IMG/VR virus record: IMGVR_UViG_3300029533_000005
Coordinates: 1 to 45,215 of that record
DNA: 45,215 nt
DNA from: a virus
Strand: one strand, 5' to 3'
Part shown: one piece after another, positions 16,747 to 24,780 of the stretch
How positions within the stretch are numbered: the first letter of the stretch is position 1
How the letters are laid out: each line of letters opens with the position of its first letter
The notes under the pieces: generated by a model
The model's input: only the letters and a program-made list of their open reading frames with translations
Databases searched by the model: none
What the model was told of the DNA's origin: nothing
Made by a program: the position numbers and the translations under genes

Positions 16747-17190
16747 ATGTATCCGTATGGAATGCCAGATCCGCAAAATTACGCCAATGAACAGGCGATG
16801 TTGCAGAACCGTATAAATCAGTTTGAACAACAGAGAAGTCAGCAAATGGGAATGTACTCTAATCAGATGCGGCAACCACAGGGGCCAGTGCAAAACGTGA
16901 ATTGGATTCAAGTAGCAGGAGTTGAAGGGGCAAAAAACCAGATCGTCCAGCCTGGACAGACCACATGGATGATGGATAATAATAGCCCCATGTTTTATGT
17001 CAAATCTGTGGACGGAATGGGAAGCGCAACACTCAAGGCGTTCCAGTTCCAGGAGATCCCGGTAAATGCTTTGACGGCTCCACAGGTGCAGCAGGCACCA
17101 GCAGGTGATTATGTGACAAGAGAAGAATTCAACAATCTGCTTGCAAGACTTGGCGAGAAACCAAGCGAAAAGGAGGAGAGCCATGAGTAA
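16747..17190 (+). CDS. orphan Q/M/N-rich protein (cassette gene 1)
   Basis: ATG lies 7 nt after GGAGG. The N-terminus is low-complexity (QNRINQFEQQRSQQMGMYSNQMRQPQ), followed by a compact domain NWIQVAGVEGAKNQIV...FYVKSVDG. Confidence 0.55.
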   Translation: MYPYGMPDPQNYANEQAMLQNRINQFEQQRSQQMGMYSNQMRQPQGPVQNVNWIQVAGVEGAKNQIVQPGQTTWMMDNNSPMFYVKSVDGMGSATLKAFQFQEIPVNALTAPQVQQAPAGDYVTREEFNNLLARLGEKPSEKEESHE

Positions 17191-17446
17191 TCCATTAATG
17201 AGTATGATCGGCGGCATGGGCGGTGGAAACAACCCTATGGCGGCTATGATGCAGGCTATGCAGGTAGTAAATCAAATTAGGCAATCTGGTAACCCACAGG
17301 CGGCGCTAAACGCTATGGCTAAACAGAATCCGAACATCAAAAATGCAATGGATATGTGCCAGGGGAAGAACCCAGAGCAGGTCTTTAACCAGATGTGCAA
17401 GCAAAACGGCATGGATCTCGGACAATTCGCTGGGATGATGAAATGA
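17183..17446 (+). CDS. orphan Met-rich NP-repeat protein, STI1/ubiquilin-like repeat pattern (cassette gene 2)
   Basis: ATG after AAGGAGGAG. Repeated NPxxxxxxM units are present (NNPMAAMMQAM, GNPQAALNAM, QNPNIKNAM, KNPEQVFNQM). Confidence 0.5.
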   Translation: MSNPLMSMIGGMGGGNNPMAAMMQAMQVVNQIRQSGNPQAALNAMAKQNPNIKNAMDMCQGKNPEQVFNQMCKQNGMDLGQFAGMMK

Positions 17447-17536
17447 TGATTTTGTTGACTTCAGCGAAATCAATAATTCGCTATCATTGCCGGAGTGCAC
17501 ACGGCTTGATAAATATATGATAAGGAGAAAATCAAC

Positions 17537-18226
17537 ATGACAGATGGATTAGGACTTACGGCTGCTGATGTAGCAGCAGTAACCAGAAACGACACATGCA
17601 ACGATATGTGGGGCGGTGGCGGCTGGTGGATTTGGATCATTCTGATTGCGTTCCTCTTCCCGATGATGGGCGGATGGAACCGCGGCGGTTTTGAAAACGG
17701 CGTGCAGGACAATTTCATTTCGGATGAGTTTGTGAAGCGCGACATCTTCAACACAAATCAGAACGTATCCAACACAGCATGTCAGACCCAGAGAGATGTA
17801 CTTGAGAGCAGATATACAACACAGCTCGGAATGCAGCAGTTAGGTGCTCAGTCTCAGCAGTGTTGCTGCGAAACACAGAAAGAGATCTTGCAGAACCGGT
17901 ATGATGCGGCATTAATGGCGCAGAACATGCAGGCACAGCTTGCGCAGTGTTGCTGTGACATCAAGGAAACTGTCCTTGCAGACGGACAGGCAACACGCCA
18001 GCTCATGCAGGAGAACACCATCCAGGGACTTCGCGACAAGATTGCGGACCGTGACAGAGACCTCCAGACAGCGTATTGGCAGATCTCCCAGGTCGACCAG
18101 ACCAAAAACATCGTTAATGCGTTAAGACCGACACCTACACCGGCTTATCTCACCTGTTCCCCTTACTTTGCTTACAACATGACCGGGTTCGGCGGTTGCT
18201 GCGGTAACGGTGGAAACGTACTTTGA
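17537..18226 (+). CDS. orphan membrane protein with Gly/Trp-rich TM segment, coiled coil and two QCCC motifs (cassette gene 3)
   Basis: Segments WGGGGWWIWIILIAFLFPMMGGW, QQCCCETQKE and AQCCCDIKE are present, with a C-terminal GFGGCCGNGGN. Confidence 0.55.
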   Translation: MTDGLGLTAADVAAVTRNDTCNDMWGGGGWWIWIILIAFLFPMMGGWNRGGFENGVQDNFISDEFVKRDIFNTNQNVSNTACQTQRDVLESRYTTQLGMQQLGAQSQQCCCETQKEILQNRYDAALMAQNMQAQLAQCCCDIKETVLADGQATRQLMQENTIQGLRDKIADRDRDLQTAYWQISQVDQTKNIVNALRPTPTPAYLTCSPYFAYNMTGFGGCCGNGGNVL

Positions 18227-18432
18227 TCAGCCGGGAACTGTCCTACCTGGATATGCTAAACCTGTTCGGCGTATTCTTGCAGGTGATGAATTACGAAAAT
18301 GATTTGTCACAGGCGAGTAACGCAGACATAGCGAAGCATCTCCAGGAGCAGGACAGAAAGTACCTGGATAAGATCATTGAGAATCAAAACAGAATAATCA
18401 GCATGTTGGAAGAATCCATAGCTACGAAGTAG
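18223..18432 (+). CDS. orphan small protein (cassette gene 4)
   Basis: A 69-aa ORF. The TTG start overlaps the upstream stop. The alternative ATG at 18253 is possible. Confidence 0.4.
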   Translation: MISRELSYLDMLNLFGVFLQVMNYENDLSQASNADIAKHLQEQDRKYLDKIIENQNRIISMLEESIATK

Positions 18433-18443
18433 TCTTGCAAATC

Positions 18444-18475
18444 ATAGGGGTAGGTGTGGAGCTTGCCCCTATTTT
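18444..18475 (+). terminator. possible intrinsic terminator or attenuator inside the cassette
   Basis: Stem atagggg/cccctat (7 bp) with a 15-nt loop, followed by TTTT. Confidence 0.4.
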
Positions 18476-18493
18476 CGTGAAAGGAGAAGTATT

Positions 18494-18922
18494 ATGCTTA
18501 ATGTTGTTAATGTAGCTGCTCAGACGGTGGCAGCCAATCAGAATGTTACTTTTGGTAGCACTCGCGTAAAGTCTCGCAGATGCGGATGTCAGAGTGGATG
18601 GCTCAATCACATCGAGGGAAGTGGGCTGTTTACAATCACAAACAGGAGCAATCAGCCGATGGCGGTAGAACTCCAGTTTAACGCAAATGTGACGGCTTCT
18701 GCGGCTGGTGCAACAGCACTGGTGCTTAAGCTGAACGGCGAAAACATCGGTGGAACAGAGATGGATTATACGGTTGTTACAGCAGATGTATATCAGAATG
18801 TAAGTGCAGACACGTTGATCCCGGTACCGGCCGGAACATCTCTTACCGTATCTGTGGGTAATATTTCCGCCGGAGCAGTCCTTGTCAAGGACGCAAACCT
18901 CATCATTAAAAAGCTTTCGTAG
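18494..18922 (+). CDS. orphan beta-rich protein resembling a BclA-C-terminal / C1q-TNF-like jelly roll (cassette gene 5)
   Basis: The pattern V.F......G......G.F.I....Y.V.......A....L.LNGE.I.G.......NVS....IPV.AG..L.V......V..ANL.I.KL was recognised by eye. This is not verified. Confidence 0.45.
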   Translation: MLNVVNVAAQTVAANQNVTFGSTRVKSRRCGCQSGWLNHIEGSGLFTITNRSNQPMAVELQFNANVTASAAGATALVLKLNGENIGGTEMDYTVVTADVYQNVSADTLIPVPAGTSLTVSVGNISAGAVLVKDANLIIKKLS

Positions 18923-18934
18923 GAGGTGATCGGT

Positions 18935-19525
18935 ATGATTACCTTTAAGAGCAAAAAGGACGTTGCCAGTGTGGAAGCAATCTTTTCCGAGATCAACGCC
19001 CGTATGATTGCCGCTCTGATGCTTCATGACCAGATGACCGACTATTTTGATTTTCTTGGAATGAAAGGGTATAAGAGGCTCCACGAATACCAGTATTTTG
19101 ACGAGTCCTTAGAGCGAAAGAAGCTAAACCAGTATTACATTAATCACCATAATCGGTTGATTGAGGACACATATACCGGACAGGTGAAAATAATCCCGGA
19201 AACCTGGCTTTCCGCAAACAGAATCAGTGTAGGAAAGTCCACGAAGCAAAAAGGAATTGAAGATGGATTTAATCAGTACAGAGCATGGGAAGCAGAGACC
19301 AAGTCTCTATACGAACATTATGTTTTGAAACTGCGAGAACTGGGAGCCGTATCTGATGCATTGGTTGTGGAAAAACTGGTGGAAAATGTGGATGGAGAGT
19401 TAAAGAAGCTGGATCGCATCATGATTGATCTGATCTCTTCCGGCTATGACATGGTTTACATCACAGAGAAACAGCCAGAGATCCACGATAAGTATAAGGC
19501 AAAGCTATCTGAGATTTTTAAATAG
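18935..19525 (+). CDS. orphan helical protein, possibly a ferritin-like four-helix bundle (cassette gene 6)
   Basis: ATG lies 9 nt after GGAGG. MIAALMLHDQMTDYFDFLGMKGYKRLHEYQYFDESLERKKL resembles ferritin helix A/B spacing. The similarity is weak. Confidence 0.4.
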   Translation: MITFKSKKDVASVEAIFSEINARMIAALMLHDQMTDYFDFLGMKGYKRLHEYQYFDESLERKKLNQYYINHHNRLIEDTYTGQVKIIPETWLSANRISVGKSTKQKGIEDGFNQYRAWEAETKSLYEHYVLKLRELGAVSDALVVEKLVENVDGELKKLDRIMIDLISSGYDMVYITEKQPEIHDKYKAKLSEIFK

Positions 19526-19536
19526 GTGGTGAGACA

Positions 19537-19959
19537 ATGAGAGACATGATTAAGATTTTGGAAAAGCAGTTAGAGGTAGAAGAAAGAAGCGCCAAAGAAA
19601 AACTGACAGGTGCCAACTTGGATACTATGTTTAAACTGACCACCACGATCTGCAACATGAAAAAGATGTGTGGAGAGTGGGAAAGTGACACAGTGGCAGA
19701 GGCGGCGGAAGATCTGGTAAAAAAATACAGTAATGGACGGTATGATCACAATATTGATTCACTGTATGACGCTTACCTTGCAGCCAAAGAAGCGTATCGC
19801 ACCAATGGTGACCAGGCTCACAGGGACAAACTGATGGAAACTGTAGGGCGTTTGATGGTAGAGGTTTACGATATGCTTTCATCTATGGTTGTTGACAGCG
19901 ATTTCCAGGAGGAACGCCGGGAAATCCAGAGACAGATCCAGAAACTGGCAGAAACATAG
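19537..19959 (+). CDS. orphan helical protein (cassette gene 7)
   Basis: A 140-aa co-directional ORF. Confidence 0.5.
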   Translation: MRDMIKILEKQLEVEERSAKEKLTGANLDTMFKLTTTICNMKKMCGEWESDTVAEAAEDLVKKYSNGRYDHNIDSLYDAYLAAKEAYRTNGDQAHRDKLMETVGRLMVEVYDMLSSMVVDSDFQEERREIQRQIQKLAET

Positions 19960-19998
19960 CGTTGAGGTGGGGACAAAATATAGTAGCGTTTTTGGTAA
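19960..19998 (+). promoter_or_regulatory. bipartite conserved motif CGTTGAGGTGGGGACAA-N16-TGGTAA, copy 2
   Basis: The 17-mer, the spacing and the hexamer are identical to 9590..9628. The motif starts right after the stop of the cassette and lies upstream of the tRNA/scaffold/capsid block. Confidence 0.5.
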
Positions 19999-20220
19999 AC
20001 TAAAATTGCGGAAACGATATATCTGTTGTATATTTTCTTACCTCCTTTCTAGCACACGTCCTTAAGAGAAATCAGCAGCAATGCTGAGAGGTTGAAAAGC
20101 GGATGCAATTTCCGGCGTGTGCAAGCTACTTGCTTTTCTCCTACAAGTAGAAATCATACCTGCTAAGTGCGCTGAAAACTGCCTTTATGGTGTGACAATC
20201 TAAGCGCGGCAGTCCCCCAG

Positions 20221-20291
20221 TGGAACATACGGTTAATGGCAAACCGACAGGGTATCACCCTGGATTCCAGGTTCGATTCCTGGTGCTCCAC
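20221..20291 (+). tRNA. tRNA-like gene with a non-canonical anticodon arm (5-nt loop UAUCA); possibly a pseudo or decoy tRNA
   Basis: Folded by hand. The acceptor is tggaaca/tgctcca (one A.C mismatch). The D arm is cggt-taatggcaa-accg. The third stem is caggg/ccctg with loop tatca. The T arm is ccagg-ttcgatt-cctgg. Confidence 0.45.
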
Positions 20292-20353
20292 TTCTATCCG
20301 CTTAAAGTTAAGCTATCTGTTTACAGATGGTCTATGGCTTGGGTGGATTTTTT

Positions 20354-20426
20354 TGGAACATAGTTCAGCGGCTAGAGCATCTGGCTCATAACCAGAGTGT
20401 CGGCGGTTCGAATCCGTCTGTTCCAA
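20354..20426 (+). tRNA. tRNA with CAT anticodon (elongator Met, or Ile2 if lysidine-modified)
   Basis: Folded by hand. The acceptor is tggaaca/tgttcca. The D arm is gttc-agcggcta-gagc. The anticodon arm is tctgg-ctCATaa-ccaga. The T arm is ggcgg-ttcgaat-ccgtc. No CCA is encoded. Confidence 0.8.
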
Positions 20427-20504
20427 CTACCCCGCCGGAGGTTTACCCGGCTTAATCCATTACCGCTGACGGGCGGTTTTAATAATCACGTATAGGAGGA
20501 TGTT

Positions 20505-21152
20505 ATGCAGAATTACGAACAAATTATGCAGGAACTGGAAATTGAAATTCCAGAGGACAAAAAAGACGCTTTGAAGAAAAAAATGCTAGAGAATTACCGC
20601 ACTGTTGCCGATTACAACAAGCAGGTAACGAAAACAGAGGAGTACAAGCAGTCCCTGGATAATGTGCAGACGAAGCTTGATGGTTTTGAAGGTGTGGATG
20701 TCAATGATCTGAAAAACCAGATCCAGACACTGACAACTCAGCTTAACGATGAAAAGAAAGCTCGTGCGGCTGATGCCAGAAAGACAGAAGTTGAAAAGAT
20801 GGTAAATGACTTCCTTTCTTCCACTGATGATAAGGGAGAAAAGGCATATAATTTTCTCAACGATATCACAGCCGATTACTACCGAGGAGAACTGACAAAA
20901 GCACTTGATTCTGATTCTGCAAAAGGAAAGTCTATCAAAGACATTTTTAACACTATGATTACCGACAAAGACGGGAATCAGAAAGAAGGAATCTTTGTTG
21001 ATCGAGAGCAGCAGCAGGCTAGACAGAACTCGGCACGTTTTACAACACACGCTGGGAAAAACAACGGAGCTGGAGGAAAGAAACCGACCATGACTGAACT
21101 GATGCGGATGAAAAACGAAGATCCTAGTTTAGACATTTCACAGTATATGTAA
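20505..21152 (+). CDS. scaffolding protein (GP20-like)
   Basis: A charged, coiled-coil-rich 215-aa protein immediately upstream of the major capsid gene. TAGGAGG RBS. Confidence 0.7.
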   Translation: MQNYEQIMQELEIEIPEDKKDALKKKMLENYRTVADYNKQVTKTEEYKQSLDNVQTKLDGFEGVDVNDLKNQIQTLTTQLNDEKKARAADARKTEVEKMVNDFLSSTDDKGEKAYNFLNDITADYYRGELTKALDSDSAKGKSIKDIFNTMITDKDGNQKEGIFVDREQQQARQNSARFTTHAGKNNGAGGKKPTMTELMRMKNEDPSLDISQYM

Positions 21153-21174
21153 ATCCCTAGATGGGTAGAAAGGA
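21150..21174 (+). promoter_or_regulatory. conserved intercistronic element TAAATCCCT-N2-ATGGGTAGAAAGGA upstream of the capsid gene (partner at 26946..26969)
   Basis: Nearly identical 24-25 nt elements precede the two most abundant structural genes. Each includes the upstream stop, a CCC/GGG mini-hairpin and the SD. Confidence 0.55.
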
Positions 21175-21180
21175 AATTTT

Positions 21181-22353
21181 ATGGCGTTATTTGACCAGAA
21201 AAATTTTAATGGCGAAGTATTTGGCGCTTATGTTGATACTGCCCCTAACCTTAACAGAAATGAATTGCTGAAATCTGGAGCAATCGTTGAGAAATCTGAG
21301 TATGCCACTATGTTACCAGATCAGACAGGTGGCAACTACATCACCATTCCGATCAAGGCCAGAATTGGTGGTAATCCAGATAACTACGATGGTACCACAG
21401 ACATCACCACGGATTCCAGAGATACTTACACGCACGGCAGAATTGTAGTAGGTCGGGCGCATGGCTGGACTGAAAAAGATTTCTCTTCTGACATCACTGG
21501 AGAGGACTTTAAACCAGCAGCATGGGAAGTGGCTGACTACTGGGATGATGTAGACCAGGCTACCTTATTGGCAACGCTGAAAGGCGTTTTTAGTATGACC
21601 GGAACTGAGAACTTAAAGTTTGTAAATGGTCATACCTACGATGTGTCTTATGATCCAACTGAAAGCGGTTTTAAAGAGACTACACTGAACAATGCAATCC
21701 AGAAGGCACTGGGAGACAATAAGGCGAAGTTTAGCCTTGCAATCATGCATTCTAAGGTTGCGACAGACCTGGAGAACCTCAAGCTGCTGTCATACATGAA
21801 GTACACCGATGCAGATGGCATTGAGAGAGATCTTACCCTGGCAACTCTGAATGGTAGAACCGTACTTGTTGATGACAATATGCCAACCAGTACGGTAGAC
21901 GCAAAGTATGTAAAGGCTTCCCAGACAGATCCTGGAGCATTGAAAGTTACAACCGCAGGAACTGGTGCTGGAGAAATTGCAAAAGCAACCGTAAGCACTG
22001 ATATTCCAGATGCAGCGGATGGAGACTACGTTAAACTGCTCCCGGCTGGTACTGTGTATACAACCTATGTTCTGGGTGCTGGTGCTATCGAATACACCAA
22101 CTGTGGCGTTAAAACTCCATATGAGTTAGACAGAGAAGCCAAGAAACACGGCGGTGAAGATTCTTTAATTTCCAGACAGAGAAAGATCTTCTCCCCGTAT
22201 GGAATCAGCTTTAAGCGGCCATCCTTTGTATCTCCGACTAATGCCCAGTTAGAGACTGGCTCCAACTGGGAGATCGCAAACAATAACGCTTCTGGTACTG
22301 CAAAGTATTTCCCGATCAAAGCAATCGCAATCGCACAGATCAAGACACGCTAA
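21181..22353 (+). CDS. major capsid protein
   Basis: A 390-aa ORF after the scaffold gene. Position and size are typical. No protease gene is present. Confidence 0.75.
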   Translation: MALFDQKNFNGEVFGAYVDTAPNLNRNELLKSGAIVEKSEYATMLPDQTGGNYITIPIKARIGGNPDNYDGTTDITTDSRDTYTHGRIVVGRAHGWTEKDFSSDITGEDFKPAAWEVADYWDDVDQATLLATLKGVFSMTGTENLKFVNGHTYDVSYDPTESGFKETTLNNAIQKALGDNKAKFSLAIMHSKVATDLENLKLLSYMKYTDADGIERDLTLATLNGRTVLVDDNMPTSTVDAKYVKASQTDPGALKVTTAGTGAGEIAKATVSTDIPDAADGDYVKLLPAGTVYTTYVLGAGAIEYTNCGVKTPYELDREAKKHGGEDSLISRQRKIFSPYGISFKRPSFVSPTNAQLETGSNWEIANNNASGTAKYFPIKAIAIAQIKTR

Positions 22354-22366
22354 GGAGGATTCCGTC

Positions 22367-22864
22367 ATGGCATACGCAGACTATGAGTTTTACAAAACAT
22401 CATTTTTCGGCGCAACCGTGCCGGAATCTGATTTTATGCGGTTTTCAGAAAGAGCCAGCGACTTTATTGACATGATGACGTTTGACCGACTTGCGGACGG
22501 CTTACCGTCTGATGAGCGGCAGCAGAAGCGAATCAAGAAGGCAGTGTGTACGCTGGCTGATCTGATGTATCAAATTGACCTTGCCCAAAAGAATGCCATT
22601 GCGGCAGCCGGCGGAACGTTAACCTCTGCTGGCACGAGTGATGGAACGTCAACGGGAGTGATTACATCAAAATCCTCTGGCAGTGAATCCATTTCCTACG
22701 CCACGCCTCAGCAGATCGGAGCGAGTGCAAAGGAGTGGAGTGCGGTGTATGCCGCCGCCGGGGATGTACAGAAAACGAATGACTTACTTCTTAAGACAGC
22801 TTTGCCGCTTCTGATGGGAGTAAGGACGGATGAAGGGATACCAATTTTATATGCAGGACTTTAA
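22367..22864 (+). CDS. head-tail connector (gp6/gp15-like adaptor)
   Basis: The N-terminus YADYEFYKTSFFGATVPESDFMRFSERASDFID is typical of connector or DNA-packaging adaptor proteins after the capsid gene. Confidence 0.55.
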   Translation: MAYADYEFYKTSFFGATVPESDFMRFSERASDFIDMMTFDRLADGLPSDERQQKRIKKAVCTLADLMYQIDLAQKNAIAAAGGTLTSAGTSDGTSTGVITSKSSGSESISYATPQQIGASAKEWSAVYAAAGDVQKTNDLLLKTALPLLMGVRTDEGIPILYAGL

Positions 22865-23204
22865 AGTGAATGTTTTAGGCTCTGAATGGAGTGTGGTGTT
22901 CGGAACTGAGAAAGAATATCAAAACTTATCAGAGATGGACGGATACGCCGATTTCTCAACCCATCAGATCGTGATTGACACTATGGAAAAAGCTGACGGT
23001 CAGATTGGATTTAAGGGAGATATGGCCGAGTATAAAAAGCAGGTGATCCGTCACGAGATCATCCACGCTTTCTTATATGAGTCTGGCCTGGAAGCGTGTT
23101 CAACCACTTCTGATAACTGGGCGCTTAACGAAGAAATGGTTGATTGGTTCGCTATCCAGTCTCCAAAAATTTTCAAAGTATTCAACGAACTTAAATTGAT
23201 GTGA
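22830..23204 (+). CDS. small HExxH metallopeptidase-like protein
   Basis: VIRHEIIHAFLYESGL contains HExxH followed by E. The protein is 124 aa. Confidence 0.5.
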   Translation: MKGYQFYMQDFKVNVLGSEWSVVFGTEKEYQNLSEMDGYADFSTHQIVIDTMEKADGQIGFKGDMAEYKKQVIRHEIIHAFLYESGLEACSTTSDNWALNEEMVDWFAIQSPKIFKVFNELKLM

Positions 23205-23208
23205 ATAC

Positions 23209-23229
23209 CAGTATTGTATGCAGGAGTGT
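23209..23229 (+). repeat. 21-bp direct repeat (left) bracketing the methyltransferase gene
   Basis: cagtattgtatgcaggagtgt is identical to 24781..24801. It contains the SD (AGGAG) used by the gene that follows. Confidence 0.85.
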
Positions 23230-23233
23230 AAAA

Positions 23234-24778
23234 ATGGAATTAAAAGAACTCACTAGTAAAACAATAGAACTGTTGAACATTGAAAATCCAGAACAGATTC
23301 CAGACTCTTTGATGGAAATTGTGCTGAATGGAAAAACAGAATTTTTTGACAGATTTTGCAATCTGGTTGAGGACTTATCCATTGACTGGTTGCAAAAGAT
23401 TTTCCAATATTATCTTGCTGATAGAAAAGTAAAGATGCAGGATTACACGCCTGTTTCATTAGCAAGATTTGCCGGAAAACTGGTGCAAACAGAAAACGAA
23501 CGCACTGTATATGATTTATGCGCCGGAAGTGGTGCATTGACTATTCAAAAATGGAATCTGAATAATGAATTGAAATTCGTATGTTATGAGTACGATAAAA
23601 CGGTTATTCCTATTTTGCTTTTCAATCTGGCAGTAAGAAATATTGATGCAGTTGTTGTAAATGGCGATGCATTGCAGGATGAAGTTTTCACAACTTATCT
23701 TGTAAAGAAAGGTGAAAAATATTCTTCTGTAAAAAAGACAGAAAATTTTAAACTGGAAAAGACAGATAGTTGTATTTCAAATCCACCATACAATATGAAG
23801 TGGAAGATACCGCCGTTTGCACAGCTGCAACCTCGCTTTAACGACTGTGAGTTGCCGCCAGAAAGCAATGCAAATTATGCTTTTATTTTGACCGCATTAG
23901 ATAATTGCAAGGAAAAAGTTTCAATGATTCTTCCGTGTGGGATATTAACTTCGAATCTAAAAAATGAAATAGAAATAAGAAAGTATCTTATTGAGAAGAA
24001 TCTGATAGAATCAGTTATTTTGTGTCCAGATAAAATGTTTGAAGCTACTTCGATTGCAACTTGTCTTTTGACACTGAACAAGAAAAAAGAGACAACACAT
24101 ATTGCATTTTTAGATATGCGTAAAACTTGCGATGTAGAGCAAAGAGAACAGAATGGACAGTTTGGCGGGGCAAGCCACGAAAACAGAACATACAAAAAAA
24201 CAGTTAATGTTTTTACTAACGAACAGATGGAAAACGCCATTGATGCTATCGTTAATCAGAAAAATGTCGCCGAATTTTCAAAAAGCGTGCCTTTTCAAAC
24301 TGTAGCAGAAAACAAATATACTCTTCTCCCAACACGATACCTTGAATTTAAAGAAGAGGATTTTACACACAGAGATTACGGAGAAATCATTGACGACTTA
24401 AACAGAGTTATCAATGAGAAAAATGGTCTCAAACTGACAATGAATGAAACACTTGCAAAATCAATCGGATTGTATGACATATTCCAGATGTTCAAGCAGT
24501 CGGAAGAAACAGCGGATTCCATGAATCAAATGCTTGCTTTTACCGGAAAGAAAATCGAAAAAGAAAACTTTATTTCCATGACGAAGAAAGCAGGAGAACT
24601 GAAATTTGAAAATGGAAGCAAGAACAACATATCAACTATATTGCTTTCAATTTTACAGATGTGGAAACAACACATAATGTATCTGAACAATGAAGAAAAC
24701 AGATATTTGATAGAATTGAGAGACGCGCTTTTACCAGATTTAATGTCTGGAAAAATTGATTTACGAGGTGACAAATAA
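23234..24778 (+). CDS. N6-adenine DNA methyltransferase (HsdM / type IIG-like) with an HsdS-like C-terminal helix; orphan (no nuclease partner seen)
   Basis: Motif I is DLCAGSGALT and motif IV is SNPPYNMKW. The C-terminus LIELRDALLPDLMSGKIDL resembles the conserved end of specificity subunits. Start set to the ATG after the repeat-borne SD. Confidence 0.8.
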   Translation: MELKELTSKTIELLNIENPEQIPDSLMEIVLNGKTEFFDRFCNLVEDLSIDWLQKIFQYYLADRKVKMQDYTPVSLARFAGKLVQTENERTVYDLCAGSGALTIQKWNLNNELKFVCYEYDKTVIPILLFNLAVRNIDAVVVNGDALQDEVFTTYLVKKGEKYSSVKKTENFKLEKTDSCISNPPYNMKWKIPPFAQLQPRFNDCELPPESNANYAFILTALDNCKEKVSMILPCGILTSNLKNEIEIRKYLIEKNLIESVILCPDKMFEATSIATCLLTLNKKKETTHIAFLDMRKTCDVEQREQNGQFGGASHENRTYKKTVNVFTNEQMENAIDAIVNQKNVAEFSKSVPFQTVAENKYTLLPTRYLEFKEEDFTHRDYGEIIDDLNRVINEKNGLKLTMNETLAKSIGLYDIFQMFKQSEETADSMNQMLAFTGKKIEKENFISMTKKAGELKFENGSKNNISTILLSILQMWKQHIMYLNNEENRYLIELRDALLPDLMSGKIDLRGDK

Positions 24779-24780
24779 GG

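Noticed and set aside
19960-20291. Possible phage tmRNA. A GGGGAC start as in Firmicutes ssrA lies about 315 nt upstream of a T arm, an acceptor-like 3' end and a potential G3.U pair.
   Set aside because: Only four base pairs can form between the GGGGACA 5' end and the 3' strand. No tag reading frame or pseudoknots are evident. The same GGGGACAA motif recurs at 9590 without any tRNA-like partner. The 3' part folds better as a local 71-nt tRNA-like element.
20221-20291. Suppressor tRNA and stop-codon recoding
   Set aside because: The loop does not present CUA, UCA or UUA in anticodon position. All long genes in the window are intact under the standard code.
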